The notes under the pieces are model-generated. The model did no database searches. It had not been told where the DNA came from and was given only the letters and a program-made list of their open reading frames with translations. Positions 27,472-35,594 of a stretch of 64,000 nucleotides of DNA are shown piece by piece (position 1 is the stretch's first letter; each line of letters begins with the position of its first letter). The position numbers and the translations under genes were made by a program. Source of the stretch: an uncultured virus (IMG/VR IMGVR_UViG_3300035181_003152) (Duplodnaviria; Heunggongvirae; Uroviricota; Caudoviricetes); the IMG/VR virus record IMGVR_UViG_3300035181_003152, one strand, 5' to 3'.

Positions 27472-28009
27472 CCCCAGAGCGGCGCCATCCGTCGGCGTCG
27501 CAGCAGCTCCTCCACGGCGTCGACGTTGCGATCGGTCGCATAGGATCCCCTGGCGCCCCACCCGCCTGCGCTGCCACGTCGTGCCCCGTGGCCGGGCCGC
27601 CCTGCCCTCGCGACTCGCCCGATGCGCCAACGGAGGTGCTGGCGCTGCCAGGCCCGGGAAGGTGGCAAGGCGTGGCGAGGCGTCCGGGGGCTGATCTGGC
27701 GAGGCGGTGGAGCAGGGCCGGAGCAGAGCGAGAGCTTCAAGGCAGGGGGAGACCCGGCCCGAGCTCTTCCACCTCGCCGCCTCCGCTCTCGCTCGAGCAC
27801 CGTCGCAGCCGGCGCCACGCCTCGGGTCACCGCTCCCGGCTGCCGATCGCCACGGCGCCTCACCCGCCGGCTCACGGCTCCCACCTCCACCGACAATCAT
27901 TGGTTTCGTGAATGAACGATCGCGCTTGTCATAAGCGAATCCAATAGCGCAGGGTTCACGGTGTACGGGCGCTGAGCCGCCCACGACGCGAACCGCCGAC
28001 GAGGACACC

Positions 28010-28177
28010 ATGCCGAAGAGCACCGCCGCGAAGACGACCACCAAGCCCGCCGCCAAGAAGGCCGCCGCCAAGTCCGGCAAGGCGAGCGCCGCCCCCGCCG
28101 ACAAGGTCAAGGCGTCGGCCAAGCCCCGCGCGCCGCGCACCCCCAAGGCCTCCACCGCCGAGCAGCCGAGCACGTGA
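28010..28177 (+). CDS. 55-aa Lys/Ala-rich histone-H1-like protein (not in ORF track)
   Basis: GAGGA RBS; MPKSTAAKTTTKPAAKKAAAKSGKASAAPADKVKASAKPRAPRTPKASTAEQPST. Confidence 0.75.
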   Translation: MPKSTAAKTTTKPAAKKAAAKSGKASAAPADKVKASAKPRAPRTPKASTAEQPST

Positions 28178-28311
28178 CCGCCCCGGCCTACGTCCTCGGC
28201 CACGACGTGGTCGGCGAGCGCGAGGCGTGCGCGGCGATCTGCGACGCCACGCGGAGCCCCATCGGCTCGCGCATGGCAGCGACCATCCGCGCCCGGGGAG
28301 CGACGACGTGA
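28174..28311 (+). CDS. 45-aa phage protein (EREACA...IRAR motif)
   Basis: GTGA-coupled at both ends. Confidence 0.6.
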   Translation: MTAPAYVLGHDVVGEREACAAICDATRSPIGSRMAATIRARGATT

Positions 28312-28895
28312 GCGGCCAGCAACGATTGGCGATGGTGGCGGACCTGCTGGAGCGCGCGGCCGTGCTCGTGCGCCGCGGCGACACGTTCCCCGTCTTCGGT
28401 CACGCGCACTCCGCGGTCGGTCGGATGATGGGCGGCCACCCCGCCGAGGCGGAATACCGCGCGATCCTGGCGATGCTCGATCTCGCCCCCGCCGATATCG
28501 ACGCTGCGGTGGCCGCCATCCTGCGCGGCGAGCCTCCGCCGGACTCGCTGGTGGCTGCCCATGCCGAGGTCGAACGGCTCCGCGCTCTCGCCCGCGAGGG
28601 CTGGGCGCACGCGCGCGAGGTGGCCGATAGCGAAGGCGTCGAGCCCGCAGAGCGCATCGCCGAGGCGCTGAGGGAGATCGACGACCTCGTCGCGCCCGTC
28701 GCCCAGCTCACCCCCGCGCAGGCCCGCGCCGACTACATGCGCGCAGAGACGCACGCGCGGGCGCTGGAGAGCAACGTCCTCGATTCGGAGACTTGCCCGC
28801 GGTGCGGACAGTTCAGCTGCACGCCCGAATGCATCGCGGCGGAGCAGGTTGAGGTGGACGCGTACGACGGGCCGACGCCGAGGAAGCACGCATGA
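28308..28895 (+). CDS. Hypothetical protein
   Basis: Coupled ORF; CPRCG motif. Confidence 0.65.
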   Translation: MSGQQRLAMVADLLERAAVLVRRGDTFPVFGHAHSAVGRMMGGHPAEAEYRAILAMLDLAPADIDAAVAAILRGEPPPDSLVAAHAEVERLRALAREGWAHAREVADSEGVEPAERIAEALREIDDLVAPVAQLTPAQARADYMRAETHARALESNVLDSETCPRCGQFSCTPECIAAEQVEVDAYDGPTPRKHA

Positions 28896-29143
28896 GCCAC
28901 ACGATCTCCCCCGGCCCCCGCTTCCCCACCCTCGCCGACTTCCTCTCAGCCCACGCGCGCGGCGAGGTGTCCAGGGAGGCCAGCGTGGTGTGCTCGACGA
29001 TGAGCGGCGCGGTGGAGATCGTCGCACCGACCACCGACGGCGATGGCTTGCGCCTGGCGGAGCTGCTGTTCCGCGCGCCCACCGCGGAGACGTTCGTCGT
29101 CGACTTCGCCACGGCGCTGGGGATGAAGGGGCGGATCGCGTGA
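28892..29143 (+). CDS. Hypothetical protein
   Basis: ATGA-coupled. Confidence 0.6.
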   Translation: MSHTISPGPRFPTLADFLSAHARGEVSREASVVCSTMSGAVEIVAPTTDGDGLRLAELLFRAPTAETFVVDFATALGMKGRIA

Positions 29144-29409
29144 GCCGCCACCACGCCTGGACGCCCGACGCGCTGCTCGAGCACTTTCGCAACCCGCGCA
29201 ACGAGGGGTTCACCGCGGCGAGCTGCTCGGCCTGCGAGAAGACGGCGAACATCCCGGGCGGTCTGCCCGGGTGGCGGTGCTCCTGCGGCAGCTACGAGCT
29301 GCACGGGTTCGACCACTTCACGGTCCCGCACAACGCGCCCAACCTCGGACCGACACACGCGGCGATCCTGGGCGCGGTGGCCCAAGTCCGGGCGGAGGCC
29401 ACATGTTGA
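29140..29409 (+). CDS. Small zinc-ribbon protein
   Basis: CSAC...WRCSCG. Confidence 0.6.
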   Translation: MSRHHAWTPDALLEHFRNPRNEGFTAASCSACEKTANIPGGLPGWRCSCGSYELHGFDHFTVPHNAPNLGPTHAAILGAVAQVRAEATC

Positions 29410-29576
29410 TCCTCGGCGCCGTCCTCGGTATCGCGCTTCTCACGGCCGCGCCGGTCCTCGAGCTGCGCCGCGTGCGCGCCGCGGATGCGCGGCATGCAGC
29501 ACGCGCTCACCGTCGCCGCGTCGGCCCCCACGACAACGATCGCCCTGCCCTGCTGCCGCCGCCCACCACCCGCTGA
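29403..29576 (+). CDS. Small membrane protein
   Basis: Hydrophobic N-terminus MLILGAVLGIALLTAAPV; GGAGG RBS. Confidence 0.5.
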   Translation: MLILGAVLGIALLTAAPVLELRRVRAADARHAARAHRRRVGPHDNDRPALLPPPTTR

Positions 29577-29586
29577 GAGGTCCGCC

Positions 29587-30183
29587 ATGCACGACGTCCC
29601 GCGCTGCTCCGATCTCCTGTGGTACTTCGCCAGCGCCGAGTCCCGCGCGGGCGGCCTCATCTCCCAGCACGAGTCGTTCGCCTCGATGGTCGCCATCGGC
29701 CCCTCGAACATGCCGGCGCCGCAGAGCGCGGAGACCAAGCTGGGGACGCGGTTCGACCAGCGCGGCGGGGCTCCGTCGGACGCCGAGCGCGCGCGCTGCA
29801 TCTACCTCGCGCTGCAAAAGCTCACCCGCGAGCAGGTCGAAGTACTCGGCCGCGCGTACGGCGGCGAGGACCTGGGCCAGCTCGTGCTCAACGCGTACCC
29901 GGGCGATTTCCAGGCGCGCGACCGCTTGCGGCAGGCCTTCGGCGAGTACCTCGGCGTGGTGGCGTCGTGGCCGGAGGCGCGGCACGTGGCGCGTCCGTCG
30001 GGTGCCAAGGGCGCGTCCGTCGGGAACGTCGGTGAGATCCTCGCGCTCGCGGTGGCGCTGCTGAACAAGGCGCTGGCCGCGTACCAGGCCGCGGTGGCCG
30101 AGGTGCGCGACGAGCTCGCCGCCTACCAGCCGAGCGGGCGCGCAAAGGCGAGGACGGCGACGGAAATGGGGGCGACGTGGTGA
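29587..30183 (+). CDS. Hypothetical protein, possible late-gene regulator
   Basis: GAGAGG RBS; IYLALQKLTREQVEVLGRAY resembles a sigma-4/RinA-like helix; lies before the late genes. Confidence 0.55.
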   Translation: MHDVPRCSDLLWYFASAESRAGGLISQHESFASMVAIGPSNMPAPQSAETKLGTRFDQRGGAPSDAERARCIYLALQKLTREQVEVLGRAYGGEDLGQLVLNAYPGDFQARDRLRQAFGEYLGVVASWPEARHVARPSGAKGASVGNVGEILALAVALLNKALAAYQAAVAEVRDELAAYQPSGRAKARTATEMGATW

Positions 30184-30377
30184 CGCTGGGGAGCGCGACA
30201 CGCATGGCGTCCTTATTGGCGGTCGCCTTCGCCGACCACCTCAACAGCGCCGGGCACGACGAGCCGATCGTGCCGCCGTACGCGAGCGGACCCGGTCGGA
30301 TGCGGCGGATCACCGCCACGTCGCTGTCCGCGCTCGCGCCCTTCCCCGCCGTCAACATCATGGGGCTCGCCGTATGA
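30180..30377 (+). CDS. Small hypothetical protein
   Basis: Coupled at both ends. Confidence 0.5.
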   Translation: MTLGSATRMASLLAVAFADHLNSAGHDEPIVPPYASGPGRMRRITATSLSALAPFPAVNIMGLAV

Positions 30378-30796
30378 CCGCCGCCATCGACGAGCTGATC
30401 GACCTCCTCGAGGAATGCGGCGCGGTCATCACCTTCGACTCGCGCCGGTACGCCCGCGCGGCTCGGGCGTGGCCCGACTGCCTCCCGCCGATGTCCGGCG
30501 AGGCCGCGATCGCCGTCGAGCGCTGGGACCTGAACAGCTGGATGCAGTGGCAGGCGCGCTCGCCCGGCGCGTGGCCGTTGCCCATCGTCGCGAGCGGCGA
30601 CACCTTCGAGGCCCGCAACGCATCGGCAACGTGGGAGGAGGCCGAGAACCCCGAGACGGCGGCGCGGGCCGGCTTCCTGCGCGTCACCGTGGCCAGCGTC
30701 GCGGGCGAGTGCTTCCTCAGCGATACCGGCACGCGCTGGCCGATGAGCTGGATCAACAACCCGAACGTGCGCCGCGTGGTGGCCCCGTGCTCGTGA
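30374..30796 (+). CDS. Hypothetical protein
   Basis: ATGA-coupled. Confidence 0.6.
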   Translation: MTAAIDELIDLLEECGAVITFDSRRYARAARAWPDCLPPMSGEAAIAVERWDLNSWMQWQARSPGAWPLPIVASGDTFEARNASATWEEAENPETAARAGFLRVTVASVAGECFLSDTGTRWPMSWINNPNVRRVVAPCS

Positions 30797-31275
30797 GCAC
30801 CACCCCCGACGTCGTCGGCCTCGCCGCCATCACCGCGCGCCTGCGCGTCGGCAGCCGCAACACGGTCCGCCTGTACACGCTGCTCCCGCGCGACCCGCTC
30901 ACTCTTCACCGCTTTCTCCGCAAGGTATGGCAGCGCGGCCAGCACCTCGACGAGTGGCGCATCCGCCATGTCGACGGCCCGGCCGCGAAGCTCCCACGCC
31001 TCACCGGCTTGCGCCAGATCGGCGAGTTCGTCGGCCGCGGCGTCACCCCCGCGCAGCTCCTCGGCTGGTCGAAGCGCGAGCGCGACCCGCTGCCCCTGTT
31101 CACGGTGAGCGGCGACGTCGTCGCCTTCGAGAGCGCGCTGCGGGACTGGTGCTTTCGGCACGATGCCGTCCAGCGCTTCCCCGTTGCGGCAGCCGCCGAG
31201 GGGCGAATAGGCCGTCGCCTGGTCGAGCGTGCGAAATCAGCACGAAATCAAGCCACATCTTGCGCGGTCGAATAG
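30793..31275 (+). CDS. Tandem (double) Xis/AlpA-like winged-HTH protein
   Basis: Internal duplication: VGLAAI..RDPLTL..V..LDEW / TGLRQI..RDPLPL..V..LRDW. Confidence 0.65.
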   Translation: MSTTPDVVGLAAITARLRVGSRNTVRLYTLLPRDPLTLHRFLRKVWQRGQHLDEWRIRHVDGPAAKLPRLTGLRQIGEFVGRGVTPAQLLGWSKRERDPLPLFTVSGDVVAFESALRDWCFRHDAVQRFPVAAAAEGRIGRRLVERAKSARNQATSCAVE

Positions 31276-31281
31276 GCCGTC
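31204..31281 (+). promoter_or_regulatory. Nested direct repeats upstream of the late operon
   Basis: CGAATAGGCCGTC at 31204 and 31269 flank CGAAATCA at 31232 and 31243. Confidence 0.55.
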
Positions 31282-31486
31282 ACTTCGCGGAGAATCGGGC
31301 ATTCTTACTACGCTGCGCATCGCCTCCCATCCGAGGCACAGCGCACGACGGGCCCGCGTATCCCCCGCGGCCGGTCACCCGGGGTCGACCGTCCGGCCCA
31401 TCCGCTTCGCGCGGCACGAAGGCGCCCTTGATCCGGGCGTGCGGCGGTTTTCTCTTCGCGCCCACGCGGCGCAGTCAGGTCGATCC

Positions 31487-31696
31487 ATGCCTCACCAAAT
31501 CGGCGACATCCGGCGCGACTCGCGCGGCAATCACAGCGTGATCCGCGACATCCACGACGGCGAGGCGCACATCGCCAAGGCGACACCGCTGCCCGGCGGT
31601 GGCTTTGACCTCGTGCCAGAAAAAGAAGCGTCCCACGGCTGGCTGCCCCTCGCGCGGTACGCCGCCGAGAGCACGTTCGTCCGGCGCGCAGCCTGA
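31487..31696 (+). CDS. Small hypothetical protein
   Basis: ATG with AGGT upstream; typical codon usage. Confidence 0.6.
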   Translation: MPHQIGDIRRDSRGNHSVIRDIHDGEAHIAKATPLPGGGFDLVPEKEASHGWLPLARYAAESTFVRRAA

Positions 31697-31703
31697 TTCC
31701 CCC

Positions 31704-32057
31704 ATGACCCCTGCCATCATCGACGCCTGCGCCGAGGCCGCCCACGAGATCAACCGCGTCTACTGCGCCGCTCGCGGCCAGTACGTCGAGCCCGCGTGGG
31801 ACATCGCCGCTCCCGAGCACCGCGCGAGCCTGCGCAACGGCGTCCGCGGCGCTCTCGCCGGCAACACGCCTGAGCAGAGCCACACGAGCTGGACGACGGA
31901 GAAGATCGCCGCCGGCTGGACGTTCGGCGCCGTGAAGGCCCCCGAGGTGAAGACGCACCCCTGCCTCGTGCCCTACGCCGAGCTGCCGACGGCGCAGCGC
32001 GCGAAGGACACGCTCTTCCTCGCGACCGTTCGCGCCATGGCCGCCGCGCTGTCCTGA
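31704..32057 (+). CDS. Phage RyR-domain protein
   Basis: TPEQSHTSW..EKIAAGWTFGAVK....KTHPCLVPYAELP..QRAKD. Confidence 0.9.
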   Translation: MTPAIIDACAEAAHEINRVYCAARGQYVEPAWDIAAPEHRASLRNGVRGALAGNTPEQSHTSWTTEKIAAGWTFGAVKAPEVKTHPCLVPYAELPTAQRAKDTLFLATVRAMAAALS

Positions 32058-32062
32058 TCTCC

Positions 32063-32497
32063 ATGCCCCCCGCCCCGCCCACCGTCGCCGAGCAGGAGTC
32101 CGCGCTCGCGCGCCGCCTCTACGCCGCGTCCAGCCCCACCGTGAGCTGGCGCGACGCCGGCCCGGTCGTCCGCGCCACGTGGCTCGCGGTGGCCAAGGAG
32201 GCCTTCGTGGCCTTCGAGCAGGCGCCCGGCCTGCGCTACGCCCGGGGCAACGACTACGTCGCCCCGCCGGTCCACGTGCCCGCCGGCCCCGACGCGGACG
32301 GCTCGACGCGGACCTGGGTCGCCAGCCTGCGGGCCGTCGGCATGACGGTCGAGTGGGAAGGCGAGTCGCGGGCCGCGAAGAACGTGGCCGTGGCACACGT
32401 GGCGCGCAGCCGCAGGGCGATCCCTGGCGGACGCCACCTCAACGCCCCCGAGCTGCGCAAGCTGCGGCGCGCCGAGCTGCAGGGGGCCCAGGCGTGA
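32063..32497 (+). CDS. Hypothetical protein
   Basis: ORF within the operon. Confidence 0.6.
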   Translation: MPPAPPTVAEQESALARRLYAASSPTVSWRDAGPVVRATWLAVAKEAFVAFEQAPGLRYARGNDYVAPPVHVPAGPDADGSTRTWVASLRAVGMTVEWEGESRAAKNVAVAHVARSRRAIPGGRHLNAPELRKLRRAELQGAQA

Positions 32498-32949
32498 GCG
32501 CGCTCTTCGCCGAGCCCACCAACCGCTTCGCCGTTCGCCTCGATCCCGCCGCCGTCGATGCGCTCCACATCTTCGCTGCCGCCGCTCATCCCCTGGAGAC
32601 AGGTGGCGCGCTCGTCGGCTACTACGACGGCGACAAGCTCGCTGTGGTGACCGAGGTCCTCGGCCCGCCCGCGGACACCGTTCACGGTCCGCGCGCGCTG
32701 GTCCTCGGCGCCGACGGCCTCGCCGAGTACTTCGCCGCGATCTGGCCCGCGCGCCATCATCTCGGCGACTGGCACACCCACCCGGGCGAATCGCCGCCCA
32801 TCGCGAGCCCGACCGACCACGCGACGATGCGCGCCCACACGCTGGGCGACGCGGCGCTCTCGTGCATCCTCGGCGGTACGCCAGGCGCCTACGCGCTGAG
32901 CGTCACCGTCTACGAACGCGGCAACCCAGTCGCGCTGCGCGCCGCCTGA
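32494..32949 (+). CDS. Stand-alone JAB/MPN+ (Mov34, Prok-JAB) metallo-isopeptidase
   Basis: ETGGALVG ... LGDWHTHP....ASPTD is the intact JAMM motif E-xn-HxH-x7/8-S-x2-D. Confidence 0.9.
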   Translation: MSALFAEPTNRFAVRLDPAAVDALHIFAAAAHPLETGGALVGYYDGDKLAVVTEVLGPPADTVHGPRALVLGADGLAEYFAAIWPARHHLGDWHTHPGESPPIASPTDHATMRAHTLGDAALSCILGGTPGAYALSVTVYERGNPVALRAA

Positions 32950-32952
32950 GCC

Positions 32953-33051
32953 ATGCTCCCCCTCTCCCTCGCCGCTCTCGTGGCCCTCCTCGCCGCGCAA
33001 CCCCCGCCGCCCAGCGCCCGCCGCGTCGAGGACATCGCGCACACGCGCTGA
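32953..33051 (+). CDS. 32-aa hydrophobic peptide
   Basis: TGA-GCC-ATG junction; MLPLSLAALVALLAAQPPPP... Confidence 0.35.
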   Translation: MLPLSLAALVALLAAQPPPPSARRVEDIAHTR

Positions 33052-33124
33052 GCGGGCCTGATTTTCACCGTGCTGAGCGCGGCCCGTGGCGTCGCCGGCA
33101 AGCGGACGCGAGGATAGAGCATCC

Positions 33125-33340
33125 ATGTCCCAGATCATCGCGAAGTTCACGTGCACCTCGGTCACCAACTACGGCGGCTCCGATCGAGTCGAGTTCGCTG
33201 CCGCCGTGGGGCTGGGCAACGAAAGCTGGTCGAGCGCCACCCCCGGCGGCCAGCTCCAGATCACCATCTCCAATCCCGCCGCCCGCGGCAAGTTCGAGCC
33301 GGGCAAGAGCTACATGCTCACCATCGAGCCCGCGAGCTGA
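33125..33340 (+). CDS. Small conserved phage protein (AKFxC...ATPxGxLxIxIxNP...FEPGKxY family)
   Basis: Recognisable uncharacterised phage family pattern; GAGGA RBS. Confidence 0.75.
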   Translation: MSQIIAKFTCTSVTNYGGSDRVEFAAAVGLGNESWSSATPGGQLQITISNPAARGKFEPGKSYMLTIEPAS

Positions 33341-33397
33341 CGCGCTCGCCGCCTGCGCGCCGGTGGGTCATGGCCCACCGGCGCGCAGGCGCCCGCC

Positions 33398-34189
33398 ATG
33401 CCGCACCCCACCCGTCCCTGCCGCTGCGCCGTCGGCCGCCACACCGCCGCAGCCGACATCGACGCGGCGCTGGCCAGCGGCGACAGCCTCAACGTCATCT
33501 GCGCGCGGTGGCCCACCGGGTTCTCGCGGTCCGGCCTCGGCACGCACCGGCTCCGCTGCCTCGGCATCGGGGCCAAGGACACCGTCCAGGCGTCCAGCGG
33601 GACAACAGCCAGCGTCCACGCGTCCACGGACCCGGACGTCCTTGGACAGGACGACGCTGTCCCGCTGTCCACGCCGCCCCCGCGCAAGCGCCGCATCGGC
33701 GAGCTGCCGCCCGGCGCGCCGACGAAAGAACAGCGCGTCGTCCACATCATCAACCTGATGGCCCGCCTCGAGTGGGTCAGCGGCCAAACAGGCGGCGAGC
33801 TCGCCGAACTGTGGGGTATCCACCCCGGCACCGTCGAGCACGACGCCTGCGAAGCCAGCCGCGCTGTCCAGCGCCAGGTCGACCCCGGCGCCGTCCAGGC
33901 CACGGTGATGGCCGCACTCCACGAGGCGCTCGGCCTCGGCCTCGACTTCGCGCGCACCAAGGTCATCGACGGCCGCACCCGCGAGGGCGACCCCAAGGCG
34001 CTCAATAGCATCGCGCTGCTCGCCAAGAGCATGGCGGTGTTCGCGCCGGCGCCGGTGCGCGGCCCAGCGCTCGCCACGAACGAGCGCGAGATCACCGTCC
34101 ACTACCCCGAGGGCGTCCCCGCCCACGATGGATCTCCACCTCAACCTTCCCCAGGCACGGGCGCACCAAGTCCTCGTTCCACGCCGTAG
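33398..34189 (+). CDS. Putative terminase small subunit
   Basis: Immediately upstream of TerL; HTH-like ELAELWGIHPGTV. Confidence 0.6.
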   Translation: MPHPTRPCRCAVGRHTAAADIDAALASGDSLNVICARWPTGFSRSGLGTHRLRCLGIGAKDTVQASSGTTASVHASTDPDVLGQDDAVPLSTPPPRKRRIGELPPGAPTKEQRVVHIINLMARLEWVSGQTGGELAELWGIHPGTVEHDACEASRAVQRQVDPGAVQATVMAALHEALGLGLDFARTKVIDGRTREGDPKALNSIALLAKSMAVFAPAPVRGPALATNEREITVHYPEGVPAHDGSPPQPSPGTGAPSPRSTP

Positions 34190-35579
34190 CCTCACGCTTC
34201 CGTGGGGCCGCGGCGTCGGCAAGAGCTGGTTCCAGCGCAACGCCGGCTGGTACCTCCCGATCGCCCGCTGGGATGGTCGAGAGCGACCGACGATGGACGG
34301 CGGCTCGATCCGCGGCGTCCGCATCGTTCACCTGCAGCCGACGTTCAAGTCCTGCAAAGACGTCCACCGCAACGCGGTCCTCGAGGAGCTGGAAGGCCCC
34401 TACGCCACCTGGCGCTTCCTCGGCGCCAAGGTCGACCACACCTCGTTCTCGTTCGCCTTCCCCGGCGGCTCGACGATCCAGTGGTTCGGCGCGCGGCACG
34501 CCAACGCAGCTCGCGGCATCCGCTGCGACATCGTCACCGTCGACGAGGCCGACGACATCGACCCCGCGGTCCTCGACGCCATCGTCGGCCCGTGGTTCTC
34601 CGAGAACTGGTCGCTCAAGATTCTGCTCCTCGGCGGCACGCCTCGGCGTGGCCGCTACGGCCTGCTCCATCGCGAGCACAGGCGCGGGCTCGACGGCGAT
34701 GCCGCCCGCCTGCTCACGCCGAACGCGTCGGGGGAATTCTCGCTCGACCCCGCGGAGAACATCCGGCTCGACGAGCTGCGCCGCACGTACAGCTTCCACA
34801 GCACCTGGCGCGACGCCCCCAAGAACGTCGACGCTGCGCACGTCGCTCGCGAGCGCGCCCGCCTTGTCGCCGCCGGCCAGCTCGCCGTGTACGAGCGTGA
34901 GTGGGAGTGCAACTTTGACTCTGCCGAGGGGCTGGTTTACCCAGCCTACAGCGAGAAGGTCCACGTCAAGAAGGCGCCGCCGGGCACCAAGTTCAACGAA
35001 TTCCTCTTTGGCGTGGACCACGGCTGGGAGGACGCCGGCGTGATGCTGGCGATGGGCGTCGCCGGCTCTGGCGCCGACGCCACCGTCTACATCCTCGAGG
35101 ATGTCTACGAGTCGCACCAGCTCGAGAGCTGGTGGATCGCGCAGGCCAAGCGCCTCCGCGCCAAATACAGCTCCGCGCCACAGCGCTGGTACGGCGACCC
35201 CTCGCAGCCGGCCCGCCTCACCGCGATAGCTCGCGGGGCTGGCGTCGCCTGGTCGGACGTCGACAACGCCATCGAAGACGGCGTCTCGGCGGTGTGCGAG
35301 CTGCTCGCGGTGCGCAAAGTCCCCAACGAGGACCCGCGCGACGACAGCGACGAGCGCCAGATCGCCCGGCTCTACATCGACCCCTCGTGCGCGAAGACGC
35401 GCTGGGAATTCGTGAACTACCGCAGGAGGCGCGACCCGAACGACACGGACCGCTTCCTCGACGACATCGTCGACAAGAACAATCACGCGATGGACAGCGT
35501 GCGCTACCCGATCTTCAACAGGTTCGGGAAGGCGCAACCCAAGCGCGGCGTCGGCACAGCTTCCATCGGCATTTACTGA
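34128..35579 (+). CDS. terL: Terminase large subunit
   Basis: WGRGVGKS, VTVDEAD, GGTP, GVDHGWED, NNHAMDSVRY. Confidence 0.93.
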   Translation: MDLHLNLPQARAHQVLVPRRSLTLPWGRGVGKSWFQRNAGWYLPIARWDGRERPTMDGGSIRGVRIVHLQPTFKSCKDVHRNAVLEELEGPYATWRFLGAKVDHTSFSFAFPGGSTIQWFGARHANAARGIRCDIVTVDEADDIDPAVLDAIVGPWFSENWSLKILLLGGTPRRGRYGLLHREHRRGLDGDAARLLTPNASGEFSLDPAENIRLDELRRTYSFHSTWRDAPKNVDAAHVARERARLVAAGQLAVYEREWECNFDSAEGLVYPAYSEKVHVKKAPPGTKFNEFLFGVDHGWEDAGVMLAMGVAGSGADATVYILEDVYESHQLESWWIAQAKRLRAKYSSAPQRWYGDPSQPARLTAIARGAGVAWSDVDNAIEDGVSAVCELLAVRKVPNEDPRDDSDERQIARLYIDPSCAKTRWEFVNYRRRRDPNDTDRFLDDIVDKNNHAMDSVRYPIFNRFGKAQPKRGVGTASIGIY

Positions 35580-35594
35580 CTCCGCACCACGCAC

